The notes under the pieces were generated by a model that did not search any database, had not been told where the DNA came from, and saw only the letters and a list, made by a program, of their open reading frames with translations. Shown piece after piece: positions 1 through 12,459 of a stretch of 64,000 nucleotides of DNA. A program made the position numbers and the translations under genes. Origin of the DNA: Selaginella moellendorffii (lineage: Eukaryota > Plantae > Lycopodiophyta). Within the stretch, counting starts at the first letter, position 1; each line of letters starts with the position of its first letter. Location: NCBI RefSeq assembly GCF_000143415.4, contig NW_003314280.1, positions 62,001 to 126,000 on the forward strand, in the 5' to 3' direction.

Positions 1-805
1 TGATGATATTGCACTTATACCAACAATTAATCTCTTTGAGAGCAAACATTGGAGTTAGAGAGTTTCAGAAGCAGAGAAAGGAAAAGTGTCCCTCTATGAA
101 GCTACACTCTTTGACCTCACTACGTCTCTTGAGTAGTCATCAAAAGCTTTAGCTGCACAGGAAGCAAGGTTTTCTGGTACAGGTCCAAACTTAGACAAGC
201 TTCAAGAGCGGGTTGGTAGAAGGACAAAAGTAGCAGCAGGGTCAATATCTAAGATGGTGGAGGAAGTTGTTACTAGAACTCCTATGGAATCAAGTTATGA
301 ACCACTTAGAGACATGAGGACAGCCTGTATGAAGTGTCAATAAACATTTGATAAGCCCAACATCACTCCTTTTAACTCTCACCGTTCAGAGTTTGACTAC
401 CATTCTATTCTATGACACTGGAAAAGAACTAAGGAACATAGAGTGGAGGAGGTGTCAATTGTTACACAAGTAAATCTAGTGCCAAAGGTTGAGAAGGTTA
501 TTGCTCATGAGCCAATTTCTCATATCAATTAGGCAATTCAAAGAGTTAGTGCCAAGAGTAATGCGCATTGCTCCGGAATGATTGGGAGTCGAGATCAATG
601 TCTTGCATATGTGTGCTCAACTTCAAGTTCTTTAGCAGTACTATGTTTTTAGGGCTATCGAGATCTAGGGGTAAAGGGCCACTAGTCAAGTTGGATTTAT
701 TGTTGTGGGACTGATGTTACTCATATAAACTAGATTCACAGCTCAATTATCTTGAAACCAAATTCTGTGTTAGAGGAGTGGCCAGTTGAGTGAAGCTGCA
801 ATCTT

Positions 806-1290
806 TTGAAAGAAGAGATTGAAAGTCTGGAGAGAGCTAGTTTCAAGCTGAAGACTTCCTCAAATATTGCTATTGATACTGCTATGCCACCAATGTCAAC
901 ACTAGACCGGCATATACGACTAGCTAGAAATGGGAAGGCTATACAATATAGGTTTTTCATTTCAAAAGGTGCACAAGAGAACATCAAGCTGGTAAAGGTG
1001 TTGAAATGCACAATCACAAGGATAAACTACATCAGTGCCATGGCTAAGGAGTTTGTTATTGTGACTAAGTCGTTAAAGGGTACAAGTTACACTATCAAAA
1101 TTTGTGAAAATCCATCCTGTACCTGTCCAGATTTTATATAGAGGGAGAACAGGGGAAAGGTATATTTAGCTTGCAAGCACATTTATTACATTTTTATGCA
1201 AGAATTAAGCCAAGATCCTAAGGTCGACCATCATATCCATCAGGCAAGCCTTACAATTGTAGAGTTTGAGAAGTGTTATAGATTGCTTTT
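806..1290 (+). pseudogene. SWIM zinc-finger-containing ORF remnant (possibly TE-derived)
   Basis: YTIKICENPSCTCPDFI*RENRGKVYLACKHIYYIF: the CxC...CxH SWIM motif reads in frame through a TAG at 1139-1141. The upstream 1-805 region looks like decayed coding sequence with many stops. Confidence 0.6.
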
Positions 1291-1468
1291 AGTGTTTAGA
1301 TCTATATTTATATTTGTATTTTATTGGTCGAATTTACTTGGAAATATAGATTAAATCAAATTTTGAAAAATGAAAAGATGTTGGTTTAGGATGAACCAAT
1401 GTTTTTCTTGTGTTTGAGAAGTTGTGAGCTTAGCTCATGAGCTTATGAGCTCAAAACCTACTTGGGGT

Positions 1469-1893
1469 CAGCAAATCTAGAGACTTTCCATAATTAACTA
1501 ATGGAAAGAAATGAGACCAAAACAAAGGGCATGATAGCGAGGGTGTTTGGTAGACATGGTAAGCTATCATCTAGCGAATATTGAGGGACCAATCTCAATA
1601 TTGTGGAGGTTTTTGATACTAGCAAATGTAAGCTAATGACATGAGTTTCTCAAACCAGGCCAAGTATGCTCAACAAGAAACACATAGGGTTCCTATCTTA
1701 TATTTATCAATTTAAGTGCAAGGTTATTGACTAGTTTCTCAACTATCTCAAGTAAGATCGATAAAGGGAATCAACTAGACCAACCTCTTACTGTCATGGC
1801 AGTAAGGAAAAAGTGTCTGTAAAGATTGGTTGACAATTATCTTTCGATACCCGAAGTCACATTTATGATACTCTCCCCCCCTTGGGGAAGATC
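1469..1893 (-). mobile_element. A/C-family 3' LTR fragment with PPT
   Basis: Reverse complement of the U3 half of the A/C LTR. PPT complement ctctcccccccttgggg at 1871-1887. Confidence 0.85.
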
Positions 1894-3585
1894 AAGTTGT
1901 GTTTGTGAGTTATTTAGCATACTATCTACAATCTTCGGTAGTTAAATTTTCTCATTGAGTTTACTTGATGATATACTTGCTATTGAATTTTGTTGGATGG
2001 TGAATTCTATGTTTTCCAAAGATAGTGATCTTGGTGGTTCCTATACTGTAATACTAGTTTATCGGATGATAACTTACTTGGAATACTTTTGTATTCTAAT
2101 CTAAGCTTTATTCACTGATAATTAAATCTCTAAGATATTATTGTCTATGACTTTGATATAGTCCATATATTAATCTTTGAGTTTGGGTCAATATAGGCAA
2201 ACTGACTTTGGCACTTCGTGTGCATATTGAAATCTCTAGTCATGGGGTAGCTACTCTCGACTGGTCACATAACCTGCCTCTCTATCAATGTTCTTTATTC
2301 CATTAAAAGGGTGTGACCGTGTAAACAACTTTAACTGCCTGTTTATAGTAGTCTATTTAAACCTTACTAACGGGTTTGGTTTCTTTGCTTAGGAGGGTTG
2401 AGGCCTCTAGCTTCTCTCTCTATGTCTTTGCAGGTAGGGGCATATCACACTTTTGTAGTTGGGTGACACCTAGAGCAGCAAGGGTGGCTGACTCTGTTGG
2501 TCATTTCCTTGTCGGCAACGGCTGGAAGGTGTCTGAGTTGGTAGCACATCTGCGTTAGACAAAGAGGTTACCCTAACTCATTTAAGTGGGTGCATTTCTT
2601 ATATAGTGTGAATACCGTGAACTTTTTCTGGAGTTGTTTCCTTGGCGATATTCTAGACTCGAGTATGCATCAACGAGGACGTCGATCTTCCCTAGGGAGG
2701 GAGAGTGTCGCAAATGTGACTTCAGATATCGAAAGTTATCTGTCGGCTAGTCCTTTCGGATATTCTTTCCTTACTGCCACGATGGCAGGAGGTTGGTATT
2801 GCTGGACCTGTTATCAGTTTCCCACTTGAGCTAGTTGAGAAACTAGTCAATGACCATGCACTTAGATTGGATAAACATAAGGTAGGAACCCTATGTGTTT
2901 TTTGTTGAGCATACTTGGCCTGGTTTGAGAAACTTGAGTCATTGGCTTGCACTTGCTAGTATCAAAAACCCCCACGATATTGAGATTGGTCCCTCAATAT
3001 TCGCTAGATGATAGCTTACCATGTCTGCCAAACACCTTCGCTATCATGCCCTTTGTGTTAGTCTCATTTTAGTCCCAAATGCTATTTATGGAAAGTGTCT
3101 AGATTTGCTCATTTGGCATATCTATAGAATGTAGAGATTGGCCTGAACACAATGGTGTTCGTCCCATGTCCAAATTCGCATTCTAGCGCCATTTCATAGT
3201 TAGTAAGTTTCAAGATTGTCCCAGAGACTAACTCCTGATACTAAGGGAGGCTTCGGGTGAAAGTCCAAAGTGTGTGTTCCTCAAAGGGGGAGGCTATCGG
3301 GGGTTCCAAATATATAGTAGGGATAGTGGGTAGGTTGGGCAGGCTGACTAACCTGAGGCATAGTCTAACTCCCGCTTGCGTGGCTGTCCTTGTTTTGCGT
3401 CCAGCTTGGGTCTAAGCCAAACTCCACACCATGCTAGCTGGTGGAGTACCCATATCCTCACATTAGGCCACTGGTATGCCGAAATAGCGCCAGACTCCAT
3501 TTTGCTCCATTTTGCATGTTGGTCCTGGCATTGGGATACTAGTTGCTCCAAGACTGTTCCAAGACGCTCCGGGCTCTTGTCCCTT
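1894..3585 (+). mobile_element. C-family relic: 3' internal region, PPT and truncated 3' LTR (starts TGT at 2706)
   Basis: Collinear with the reverse complement of C (roughly 23100-24790). PPT agggagggagag is followed by TGTCGCAAATGTGAC. Confidence 0.85.
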
Positions 3586-3599
3586 ATGTATCCTATATA

Positions 3600-6500
3600 A
3601 AAAATAATAATATACACATGTACTGAGTAATGTGTTAGATCCATATTATATTTAAAACATTAATATTTTACAATTTAATTTAACCTGTAATCATGTTCTC
3701 CTTTATATAATTGCTGGATAGTAAGTAGTTTTAAATCAATAATAATATAGGTTTAAATGTAATTTTTTAAAGATTTTTAGCCATGTATGATTTCAATTGT
3801 TTTAGCTATAAAAAATATTATAGTAAATTTATTGACTTTTTCTAATTATTGGAAAATCATAACTTCCATATATGCTAGCATGATATCACCTAATTATAAT
3901 ATAGATGAAGCATGTTTTTTTATTTCAACATTAATCCTTTTAATCTAGATATTTAATTGGGAGCTGTTCTACTACTTTTTTGGCTAAAACACTCTTCTTG
4001 ATAAGCTTATATAAACCAGTCTTTTAATATTTTAAACACCTATTTTCATGAGCTTTCCTTCTCATTCTATGTTTTTTGTTTCCCAAGTGTTTTATATTTT
4101 CATAGTTGTTATATTATACGTTATGAATTATAAAATTTCTTACACACTCTTGGTCTATTGCTAAAGCATGTTTTGGCGAGAAAGGTTTTACAGGTGTAAT
4201 AATATTTTATATTTTATAAAATATATAATATAATTACTTAAAAATAATATTCTCTATTTTTCTCTGTAAAGTGAAATCATTCTGAAAAATAAGACACATC
4301 ATTATGCTTTATTTGAAAATTTTAATTTCTGTGTTTTTAAGTAATAACTTTAAATAAAGAGTACTAATTGAGACCCCAACTCCATTGGGAGATATAGCAT
4401 ACCCAAGATAATTAGATCTTCTTTTCTAATTTTACAAAATTAGAAATTTTGGTATAGAAAATTAAATTTTTCTGAAGTTTTCTGCTATTGAATTTCAGAA
4501 AAATGCACAATAATACAATCCACACCAGATTACTGTAATATCTCCCAGAATAATTGCATTTAAATTCCCAATATCTGCAATCTAAAATTTTAGAGGGGAA
4601 AATGTAATAATTGCAATTTGTAAAGGGAAATTGCATTTGAGGCTGGCACAAATGAGCACAAAAGAGCCAACCAGGTGAGTTTCTTACACTCAAGTCTGAT
4701 AGTCATTTTGCTGGTGTTTACATTACAAAACAAAAAAAAAAAAAACATCAATTTTCTCTACACAATGCATTAATGAAGATAAGAACTACTATTTCCCTCA
4801 AAAAGGCCTGGAAGAACCAAATTGAAGCAGTAACTGCGGGTTGATTTTATTTATTTTTAGCAGCAAGGTTGTTTTTCTCTAGAGACAAATTGATCTTGAA
4901 TCTCAAATTTTCCTACAGACACAATCAAGGCCATGTAAGGAATGCTGTGTAAGGGATTAGAGCACTAACTGTGGCACTAGATTCAACCAAGAGTATGGTT
5001 CTTAGCTAGGACTTAAGACCAAACACTTCAATTACAACATAGATTATTATCATAGCAAGGTCTATCATTGACTTAAAGGTATACAGCCATTTCTCCAAAT
5101 GATCTTTACCACCTGTTGAATTTAGTTGTATGAGAATCCTCTAGGAACATTAAGAGCCTAAGTGCTAACATAAGTATCAAATTCAGACAAGCTGAGAGTT
5201 CCTTGGAGGAGGCTCCAGAAAGAAACTTCAAACCATTACCATATCAAGAGCACTTTCACTCAATGTTTTCAAAAACCCTTTTATGAAATGTAAAGTATAA
5301 GCACTTGTCTGTAGAAACTTTAAAAGATAAACCACATTCCCAACAAATTAGAACCTACTTTAATTTCTCTGACAATGGATAAACCATAATAATCATACTC
5401 TTTCTAAATAAATATATTCTTTCCTTGTAAATTGAGTCACTCTTCTTCTCCTTGGTGGAGCACTTCTTTCTCTAAATACACACAAACTTTGCACTACAAT
5501 TAAAAATTGCTTTATGCTTGAATGAAAGTGGGATTTTATTTCATGCATAGACTCCATACAATATCTGCAAATGAGAAATATAAAAGATTAACTTCTAAAT
5601 AATAATTATTATATATTCTGTTTTATTATTACTTATAAAAGGTTTTAAAATAGTATTAGACTTATTTTAATAAGCTTTAAAATTATTAGCACTAAAAATT
5701 ATTCCAAAAACTACTCTCTGTATTACTCATATAAAGTTTTACAACTATACCATAAACTATATAAAACTATTCATTTAAAAAATTATTGAAGTTGTGTTTA
5801 AAACAGTTGTGTTTAAAATAATTAAATATTCTTTGGAATTTTTCCATATTTATTTTAAACTATATTTTCCAGTGGAGCTGGAATCTCAGCATCATCATAC
5901 TCATATATTAAGAATACATTATTAAAAGTAAACAAAATTTTGCAGTACAAAGATGGCATATAGTAGACACAATAAAAAGAATACTAAAACATTAAAATTA
6001 AACAAGTACTGATTATATAAATGATATATTTCATAATTAAAAATAGAAAAGTTGAATAGCTCCAGCAATTTTAATTTGTAAATTATTTTTATTTTTCAAA
6101 TAAACTTATGATACTTATTACACATTCATCAATAAATCTAATCGCATTGAGTTGTTAGTTAGCTCAGATATAGTGTAAGATTTGTGTGATATAATAAACT
6201 TATAATACTGTTTTTAAGAATAATAATTTGTGGATTGATACATGAAAAACATATAAATAAATATAATGACATAAAGGTAAAATATGATTTAGAAAAGGCT
6301 ACAATCTATAAAAATGTGATTGACTTAAACTTTTATTATTATTAAAGGACCATTATTAAATTTTCTGATATGTTATAGTTTTAGGAATTTTTTTTATGTA
6401 TCATCAATACCCTAATATAAGAGTAAAACTTTACCATTCATTGAAATATTTTTGCCTCAATAACATGTTCTAATTCTTTAAGTTTAAATAAAAATAAATA

Positions 6501-6771
6501 TAACATAGAGATAATAATCTTAATTCATTCTCTCTATATAAAATCATATATAGAAAAAATGTTAATGATATATAATATAATACTTTAAATTTAATTAGTA
6601 CTCATAAAAAGTATAAATATAAATATTATGAAGGAAGAGGATTTTGAATACAAATATACAAAAAAATTATAAATTTATAAAATAAAAAATATTTTATGTA
6701 CGTATATAGAATGTATTTTAAATAAATTTAAAATAATGCTGTGAGAGCCAAGTGTACGGGTACGATGCTAT
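3600..6771 (+). other. Very AT-rich non-LTR tract, possibly an old non-autonomous Helitron
   Basis: AT-rich. Ends in gctgtgagagccaagtgtacgggtacgatgcta, which resembles a CpG-decayed Helitron 3' hairpin plus CTAG. Confidence 0.35.
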
Positions 6772-7240
6772 ATACTAATATTAGCATGGTGGGATTTTGG
6801 TAGCCATCAGATTGGTTTCAATCCGGAGCACTTGCTTCTGTGTATAAGTTAGGGTTTTTGGGCTAATTGATATGCACATTTTCTGTATTCCCTTTCCATA
6901 TTCCATGCACTCACATTAGTGGAGATGAAGGGCATCTTTTGATTGTCCCTAAGGAGTGCTTGGATTTGGGATTTTGGTTTAGATTAACTTTTGTATTGTT
7001 TAAATCTAGCTTTTTATATTTCCTTTCTTTTGTTCTTTCTCTTAAGAAGTTTGGTTTCGATCTATCTTTTTGCATTGTCTAGATCTTCCTTTCCTTTTAG
7101 CTTTTTGTCATTTCTCTTTTTTTGCGTTTTCCTTTTCGTTCATCTTTATGGCAGATCAGCAATCTCCTCCTTTGACTCTAGAGCAGCAGTTGGTACAATT
7201 TCTTGATGCTATGCACTTGCAATTGAATAACCAAACTTAA

Positions 7241-8340
7241 TTGATGGTGGCATTCACAGCATATGGTCCAACTTTTCTTGCTCTTGGTGCCAATCCTCAC
7301 ATTCGGCCGAAGTTCTTTCGTGGGAATCCTGGGGATGATGTGTACCATTGGTTTGATCACTTCATGGTGATTGCCACATATCATTCTTGGGATGATGCTC
7401 GATGTTTGTGCGAGTTTCCCACATGTCTCCAAGGGACGGCATTACAGTGGTATAATGGTTTAAGTGCAGCCACTTGTGGGGATTGGAGTGTTCTCCCAGA
7501 CATCTTTAAACATGCATTTGGGCATGTTGACGATTGTGATGATGCCTTCCAGCAATTGCATTGTCTTTGTTAAGGGCCATATGAGTTGGTGATGCAATTT
7601 GGCATTCGTTTCCAAAGCCTCTTGCTTCATGCGGAGCCAAATATATTAGAGCGGATCAAGCTAGGAATGTTGTGGCCAGCACTTCGTCAAGATCTTGTTA
7701 GACTTGTGCATGCACTTGCTCCAGCCACTCTTGACAATGCTCTTCACTTGGCACAACGTTATGAGACGTTGCCTCTTCCACTTCTCGCTGCACGTCCTTC
7801 TACTCCACTTTCTATGGGCGATAGTAGTGTTTCAATGGAGGTTGATGCTCGAGTCCAAGGACAAGGACGAGGACATGGTCGTGGCTATGATATTCGCTGT
7901 TGGGCATGTGATGAAGTTAGTCACACTTATCCGTGTTATCGGCGTTTTTCGAATTGGTGACCACCATTTCCTGGGTGAAGACCTTGGCGTCAACAACGTC
8001 CTGTTGGTGCTGTTGCGGTGGAAGGTCTAGACACCGAGATGCATCCGGGAAATGAGGAGGTGCGTAAGTAACAGAGGGACCTTGTGCGAATAAGTCAGTG
8101 ACCCTTCCATTTTTATTTTGGGAGTATCATCAAGGGGTTCACTTGGCACCAGTTCATGCAGTGTTTTCTTTCCAAGCTCATTTTTATAACAAGAGGTTTC
8201 CTATTATTCTCTCTGTGTTGGTTGATATAAGTTCAAGTTTACCCTCTATTGCTTGACCTGTCGCCACACGATGCCGTCTACACTTGCGTCGTGCGGCAGA
8301 ACTCGTTTTCATTCTTTATGGCAACGGTCGTACATATGCA
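7241..8340 (+). pseudogene. Gypsy-type gag (plus protease trace) remnant, element G
   Basis: PKFFRGNPGDDVYHW...LQGTALQWY capsid-like motifs, a degenerate knuckle CWACDEVSH, and VLVDISSS near 8215. Stops and frameshifts throughout. Confidence 0.65.
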
Positions 8341-8495
8341 TGCCCTTTCTTTATCTTAGTATCCTGATCTGGTGCCTAACAATCCTCCCCTAATGCGGCG
8401 GAACCCATTTTCATTCTTTATGGCAATGGCTGTACACATGCATGCCCTTTCCTTATCTTAGTATCCTGATCTAGTGCCTATCAATCCTCCCTCTC
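8292..8495. repeat. 102-bp tandem duplication spanning the G/TRIM junction
   Basis: tgcggc...ttcattctttatggcaa...gtgcctaacaatcctccc starts at 8292 and again at 8394. Confidence 0.85.
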
Positions 8496-8773
8496 ATTAG
8501 AGAATGATCGTCCGTGATTATACTTAGACCACCATCTGGTCACCATGGTCTTTCTCTTAGGGTCTACTAAACCTTAGTTCTCCCTCTAGATCCACCATGT
8601 TGAATATTTCTTTAGAATATTCTTGCCCCACTCATTAGCCACGAGAATCGAACTAGACTCCAATACCAATGTTAGGATCCTATCCTTTACACCCTAAGCC
8701 AACTGGCTAAAGGGGTGATCACTTGATTGTAGGGCCCTTTCTTTATTCTATTATCCTGACCTAGTGCCTAACA
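8444..8773 (-). mobile_element. Older copy of the 394-bp TRIM (left LTR truncated)
   Basis: Full LTR at 8670-8773, and the internal region matches 33073-33258. The right flank is B-LTR sequence. Confidence 0.9.
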
Positions 8774-9011
8774 GCATGGCCTTAGCATAATGGGCTGGTA
8801 GGTCAATGGTACCTTAGGGTGTTGGTTATAGGATTGGACACATGGAGCACTTGGACCAAGTGTAATGGTTGAGTGGCATGGATGTGATTCTTGGGGCTAA
8901 CAAGTCCCTAAGTCTAGAATAGGACTTATGGAGGTTGTGAGTGAGACTCCTTCATATTGTCGAAGGTGTGGTTAAGTGACTAAAGTAGAATGGAAAATTT
9001 AGTCGCTTACA
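8774..9011 (+). mobile_element. B-family LTR 3' end fragment
   Basis: Matches 34366-34603 and ends in gtcgcttaca. Confidence 0.9.
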
Positions 9012-11835
9012 TTATCCTATAGTGAGTTTAGTCGGAAAGAAAGTGGCATGAGCTTATCCATGTTGTGAGCAAAAGTTAGTGGTGTTAGGTGTCGTAAATC
9101 TTTATTGGTGGAGTGTGGCATTTATGTTGTATTTTGTCGAGTGAAATTGGTATTTGATACTTACATAAACATTTGAAGTAATGATATGGGTGGTGGTGGT
9201 GTTCAAATGGTGTTTAAGTTATTGTAATTTTATATCATATCCATATGATAATGAGCAATATGTTTGCGAAGTTGTTTAGTTAAATGATGATCAACTCTAA
9301 AGTGGTTGATAGTGAAGCTAGTCTATTTGCACGTAGTAGCATTATAGTAGCTTTGACAAGATTCTCAATAGTGATTTATGATATGCTAAACTTAAGTTGG
9401 TACCTAGTTTCCTTGAGGGTTTGCTTATTAAGTATTGAAAGAAGTTATAGCATTCACTTGCTATAGCTTGTTGGTTTATCCGTTAACACTTGGAGTTAAT
9501 TGTTGGATAGAGAAAGTGTGTAGTTGAAGCATTGACATCACTAACACTTGTGTTAATAGAAGTGGCATTATTATTTCGAGTGATGAGGAATTTTCCTTAG
9601 AACTTGATTTTTCTATTTCATTTTCCTTGTTAATGTTTTGACTTTACATTAGATCTTGAAAGTCGTTAAAGAAGAGTGTTAGTGCAATATGGATATTCAA
9701 AGATATGGTGTTGATGATCAAGCCTTAGATGTTCATTTTGCATTTTGTGAATGTTGGTGTTAGATGCCAGGCAAAATGTTCAATGCTTAAGTATACTGCT
9801 GGGTCTTGAGAATTTGTGTTAAGGTGAAATTATATGAAGTTGTTGGTAAGAGGAAGTTGGTTGAGTATTGAAGTTTACATTTCTAGACTGAGAGTCATTC
9901 TTTCTTTAGGATGGAAAATTTTTACAAATTTTCTTAAGCTTTTCCAATGGCTGATCTATTTATTATTTTACTCAAAAACCAATCCATTTTGTAAGCTAGT
10001 ATAAACTAGTAAAAGGGTTGGAGTTGATTTTGGTTAGCTTAAACCTTAGTATATAGTTTATATAATACGACATGAAAAGGATGCTAACTTTTGGGGCTAA
10101 GGCAATTGAGTTAAATAAAGTCTGGAGTTAGTGTAGAAAAATGGCCTTTACGCTTTTCTAGAAAGGTGACCCTTGTACCTTTCTTTTGTAGTGTTGTGCT
10201 TGGTGGCAGATTGCACTTTGTATTTCATTATACTCTATGAGAGTAGTGAGCTCTCACTAATCTTGACTTGATATTGGTGGCTTTATGCCTTGGTTGAGGA
10301 TGGTGATGTCCAACTTAGTTGTTTGAGGTTAAGATGTTGGTGTGCTTGTCTATATTCCTTTATCTTGTATTTAGGGTACTACATTCATGTTAGACAAGTA
10401 TATGACTCGATGACTTGAGTTTAGTGTTTGAGTCTTGTGAAAGTAGGTTGAAGAGTGATTATTAGTTGCCTGCAACTAATGATTGTTTATAAATTTTGTC
10501 AAGGACAATTAACACTTACTTTGCTTGATGAAGATTTATTGATCAATATTGATTTAAGTTGGAATATATGAATTATTGATGATTCTTTTTACACTTGTTA
10601 TAAAGTGAGTTACATCTTGCTATAAATGGATAGTAGAAGGATTGTCCCAAAAAATAACTCTTAGTACTAATGGAGGCTTGGGGTGAAAGCCCAAAACGTG
10701 TGTTCCTTAGAGGGGAGGGGGCTATGGGGGGCTCCAAATATATTGTAGGGATGGTGGGTAGGTGGGATATGGTTTAGCTCCCGCTTGCGTGTTTGTCTAT
10801 GTTTGAGTCTAACATGGGTCTAAGCCTAAGTTCCATACTATAGTAGTTGGTGGAGTACCTATATCCCTGCATTATGCCACTGATATACTGAAATAACACC
10901 AACTCCATTTGGCTTTGTTTTATGTGTTAGTCCTGATATATGGATGTTGGATGCTCTAAGACTGTTCCAAGTCATTCCGTGCTCCTGTCCCTTTGCTCCT
11001 TGAACTGTTGCTCAGAAGTTGCTCTGTGCTCTAGTACCTTTGCTCCTTTTCTCCATGCTTAGGAGTTTGGCTCTATTGTTTTGTATAGTGGCCCAAGGTT
11101 TTGAAATTTGGGTTTTGCACCACTATCTTTTAAACACATAGCATGTGGTCATGGCTTATGACACGTGGAATATAGAGGGTTTAGGTTCCACTTCATGATT
11201 ATCTTATGGTAAATCACCATAGGATAAAGGGTGAAAACCACGTGCGCTATATTTGGTATCAAAGGATGAGTCTCAGTAAGTACTATCCAATGAGATTAGG
11301 CAACTAATCTCTTTGTATATGCAGAGATGAAAACAATGATTTGAATGGGTAGACATTTAGGTGCAAAAACTTCATAATCGTTCCTTGGGTATGGATTTTT
11401 GTTACCTTTTTGTACCATATTATGTGAGCTTAAGCTTGGGCTTATAGGATGGATGTTAAATGTATCATTTTGCACGAGTTTGCACTTGAGCTCGTGAGTG
11501 AGGCACATTAGCAATTCAAGGCTACACTTTGAGTTGGCAGGATTAATGTTAGCCTATTGATGATTCTATGAGTTGTTCCATGTACCATGAGTAAAAGTAA
11601 ACCTTTCTTAGATTTGCTATAAGTGGCAAATAGGCTAATCCATAGCTATTTAGCATGGCACTAGTTTGCTATAAGTGGTAAATAGGCTAGTCCATAGCTG
11701 TTTAGTATGGCACTAATTTACTATAAGTGGCAAATAAGCTAGTCCATAACTGTTTACACTAGTGGATCCCTCATAGGCATGAATATAAATGGATCAATCA
11801 AGACTATAGGGATTAGTCAATTGGTTGTAGTAGTC
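9012..11835 (+). mobile_element. Old C-family relic D: deleted internal region, partial LTR (~10641-11251), PBS and leader; continues at 34609-35010 after the B insertion
   Basis: Homologous to the reverse complement of C. LTR end gtgcgctata is followed by PBS tttggtatcaaagg (11252). Joining 11835 to 34609 restores the C sequence at ~28460-28510. Confidence 0.85.
11613..11763. repeat. 52-bp unit x3 tandem repeat
   Basis: tttgctataagtggcaaataggctaatccatagctatttagcatggcactag at 11613, 11665 and 11717. C has a single copy (~28555-28607). Confidence 0.9.
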
Positions 11836-12067
11836 TGTGAGACACAAAATCCCTAGGCCCCAAAGTGGAGCCGGAAGGGTGCCACGTGGTAGTGGCCGAA
11901 GCAAAAGCCAAACGAGTGTAACACGTTTGGACTAAAAGCTCCGACTTAAAAGGTCGAGAGCGGGAGTGGAACTCCCAACAAAGTGCTTGAGGAACAAGCA
12001 TGAAGCGAGCAATAAGCGAGGCTCCAAAAAGGGACCCAAAAGGACCAACACATGACATGTGGAAGTG

Positions 12068-12380
12068 TCCGAGATGGAATCCGAGGTGGAGTCCGAGATG
12101 GAGTCTGAGATAGACCGAGACGGAGTCCGAGATGGAGTCTGAGGTGGAGTCTGAGATGGAGTCCGAGATGGACCGAGACGGAGTCCGAGATGGAGTCTGA
12201 GATGGACCCGAGATGGAATCCGAGATGGAGTCCGAAGTCGAGACCGAGACCGGGACCGAGACTGAGACCGAGACCGGGACCGAGACCGAGACCGAGGCCG
12301 GGTCCGAGCCCGAGTCCGAGTCTAAGTCTAAGTCCGAGTCCGAGTTCGAGTCCGAGTCCGAGTCCGAGTTCGAGTCTGAG
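12068..12380. repeat. Hexamer/dodecamer array (TGGAGTCCGAGA > CCGAGA > CCGAGT) in the B LTR
   Basis: Directly visible. Also at ~32914-33605 and, reversed, at ~50865-51300. Confidence 0.95.
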
Positions 12381-12459
12381 AGGGTGAAAGCCCAAAGCGT
12401 TCGTCTCCCAAACCCTAGGGGGTTTGGTGAGCTCCAAAAGTATAATAAGGGGGAGGACT

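Noticed and set aside
1469-3110. Inverted duplication of one LTR
   Set aside because: The arms carry different subfamily variants (gattcc(c/t)tttatcgatc vs ggacctgttatcagtttc), so they are two elements juxtaposed by deletion.
11613-11763. CRISPR-like array (also 47905-48056)
   Set aside because: These are head-to-tail repeats without unique spacers, in a eukaryotic TE context with no cas genes.
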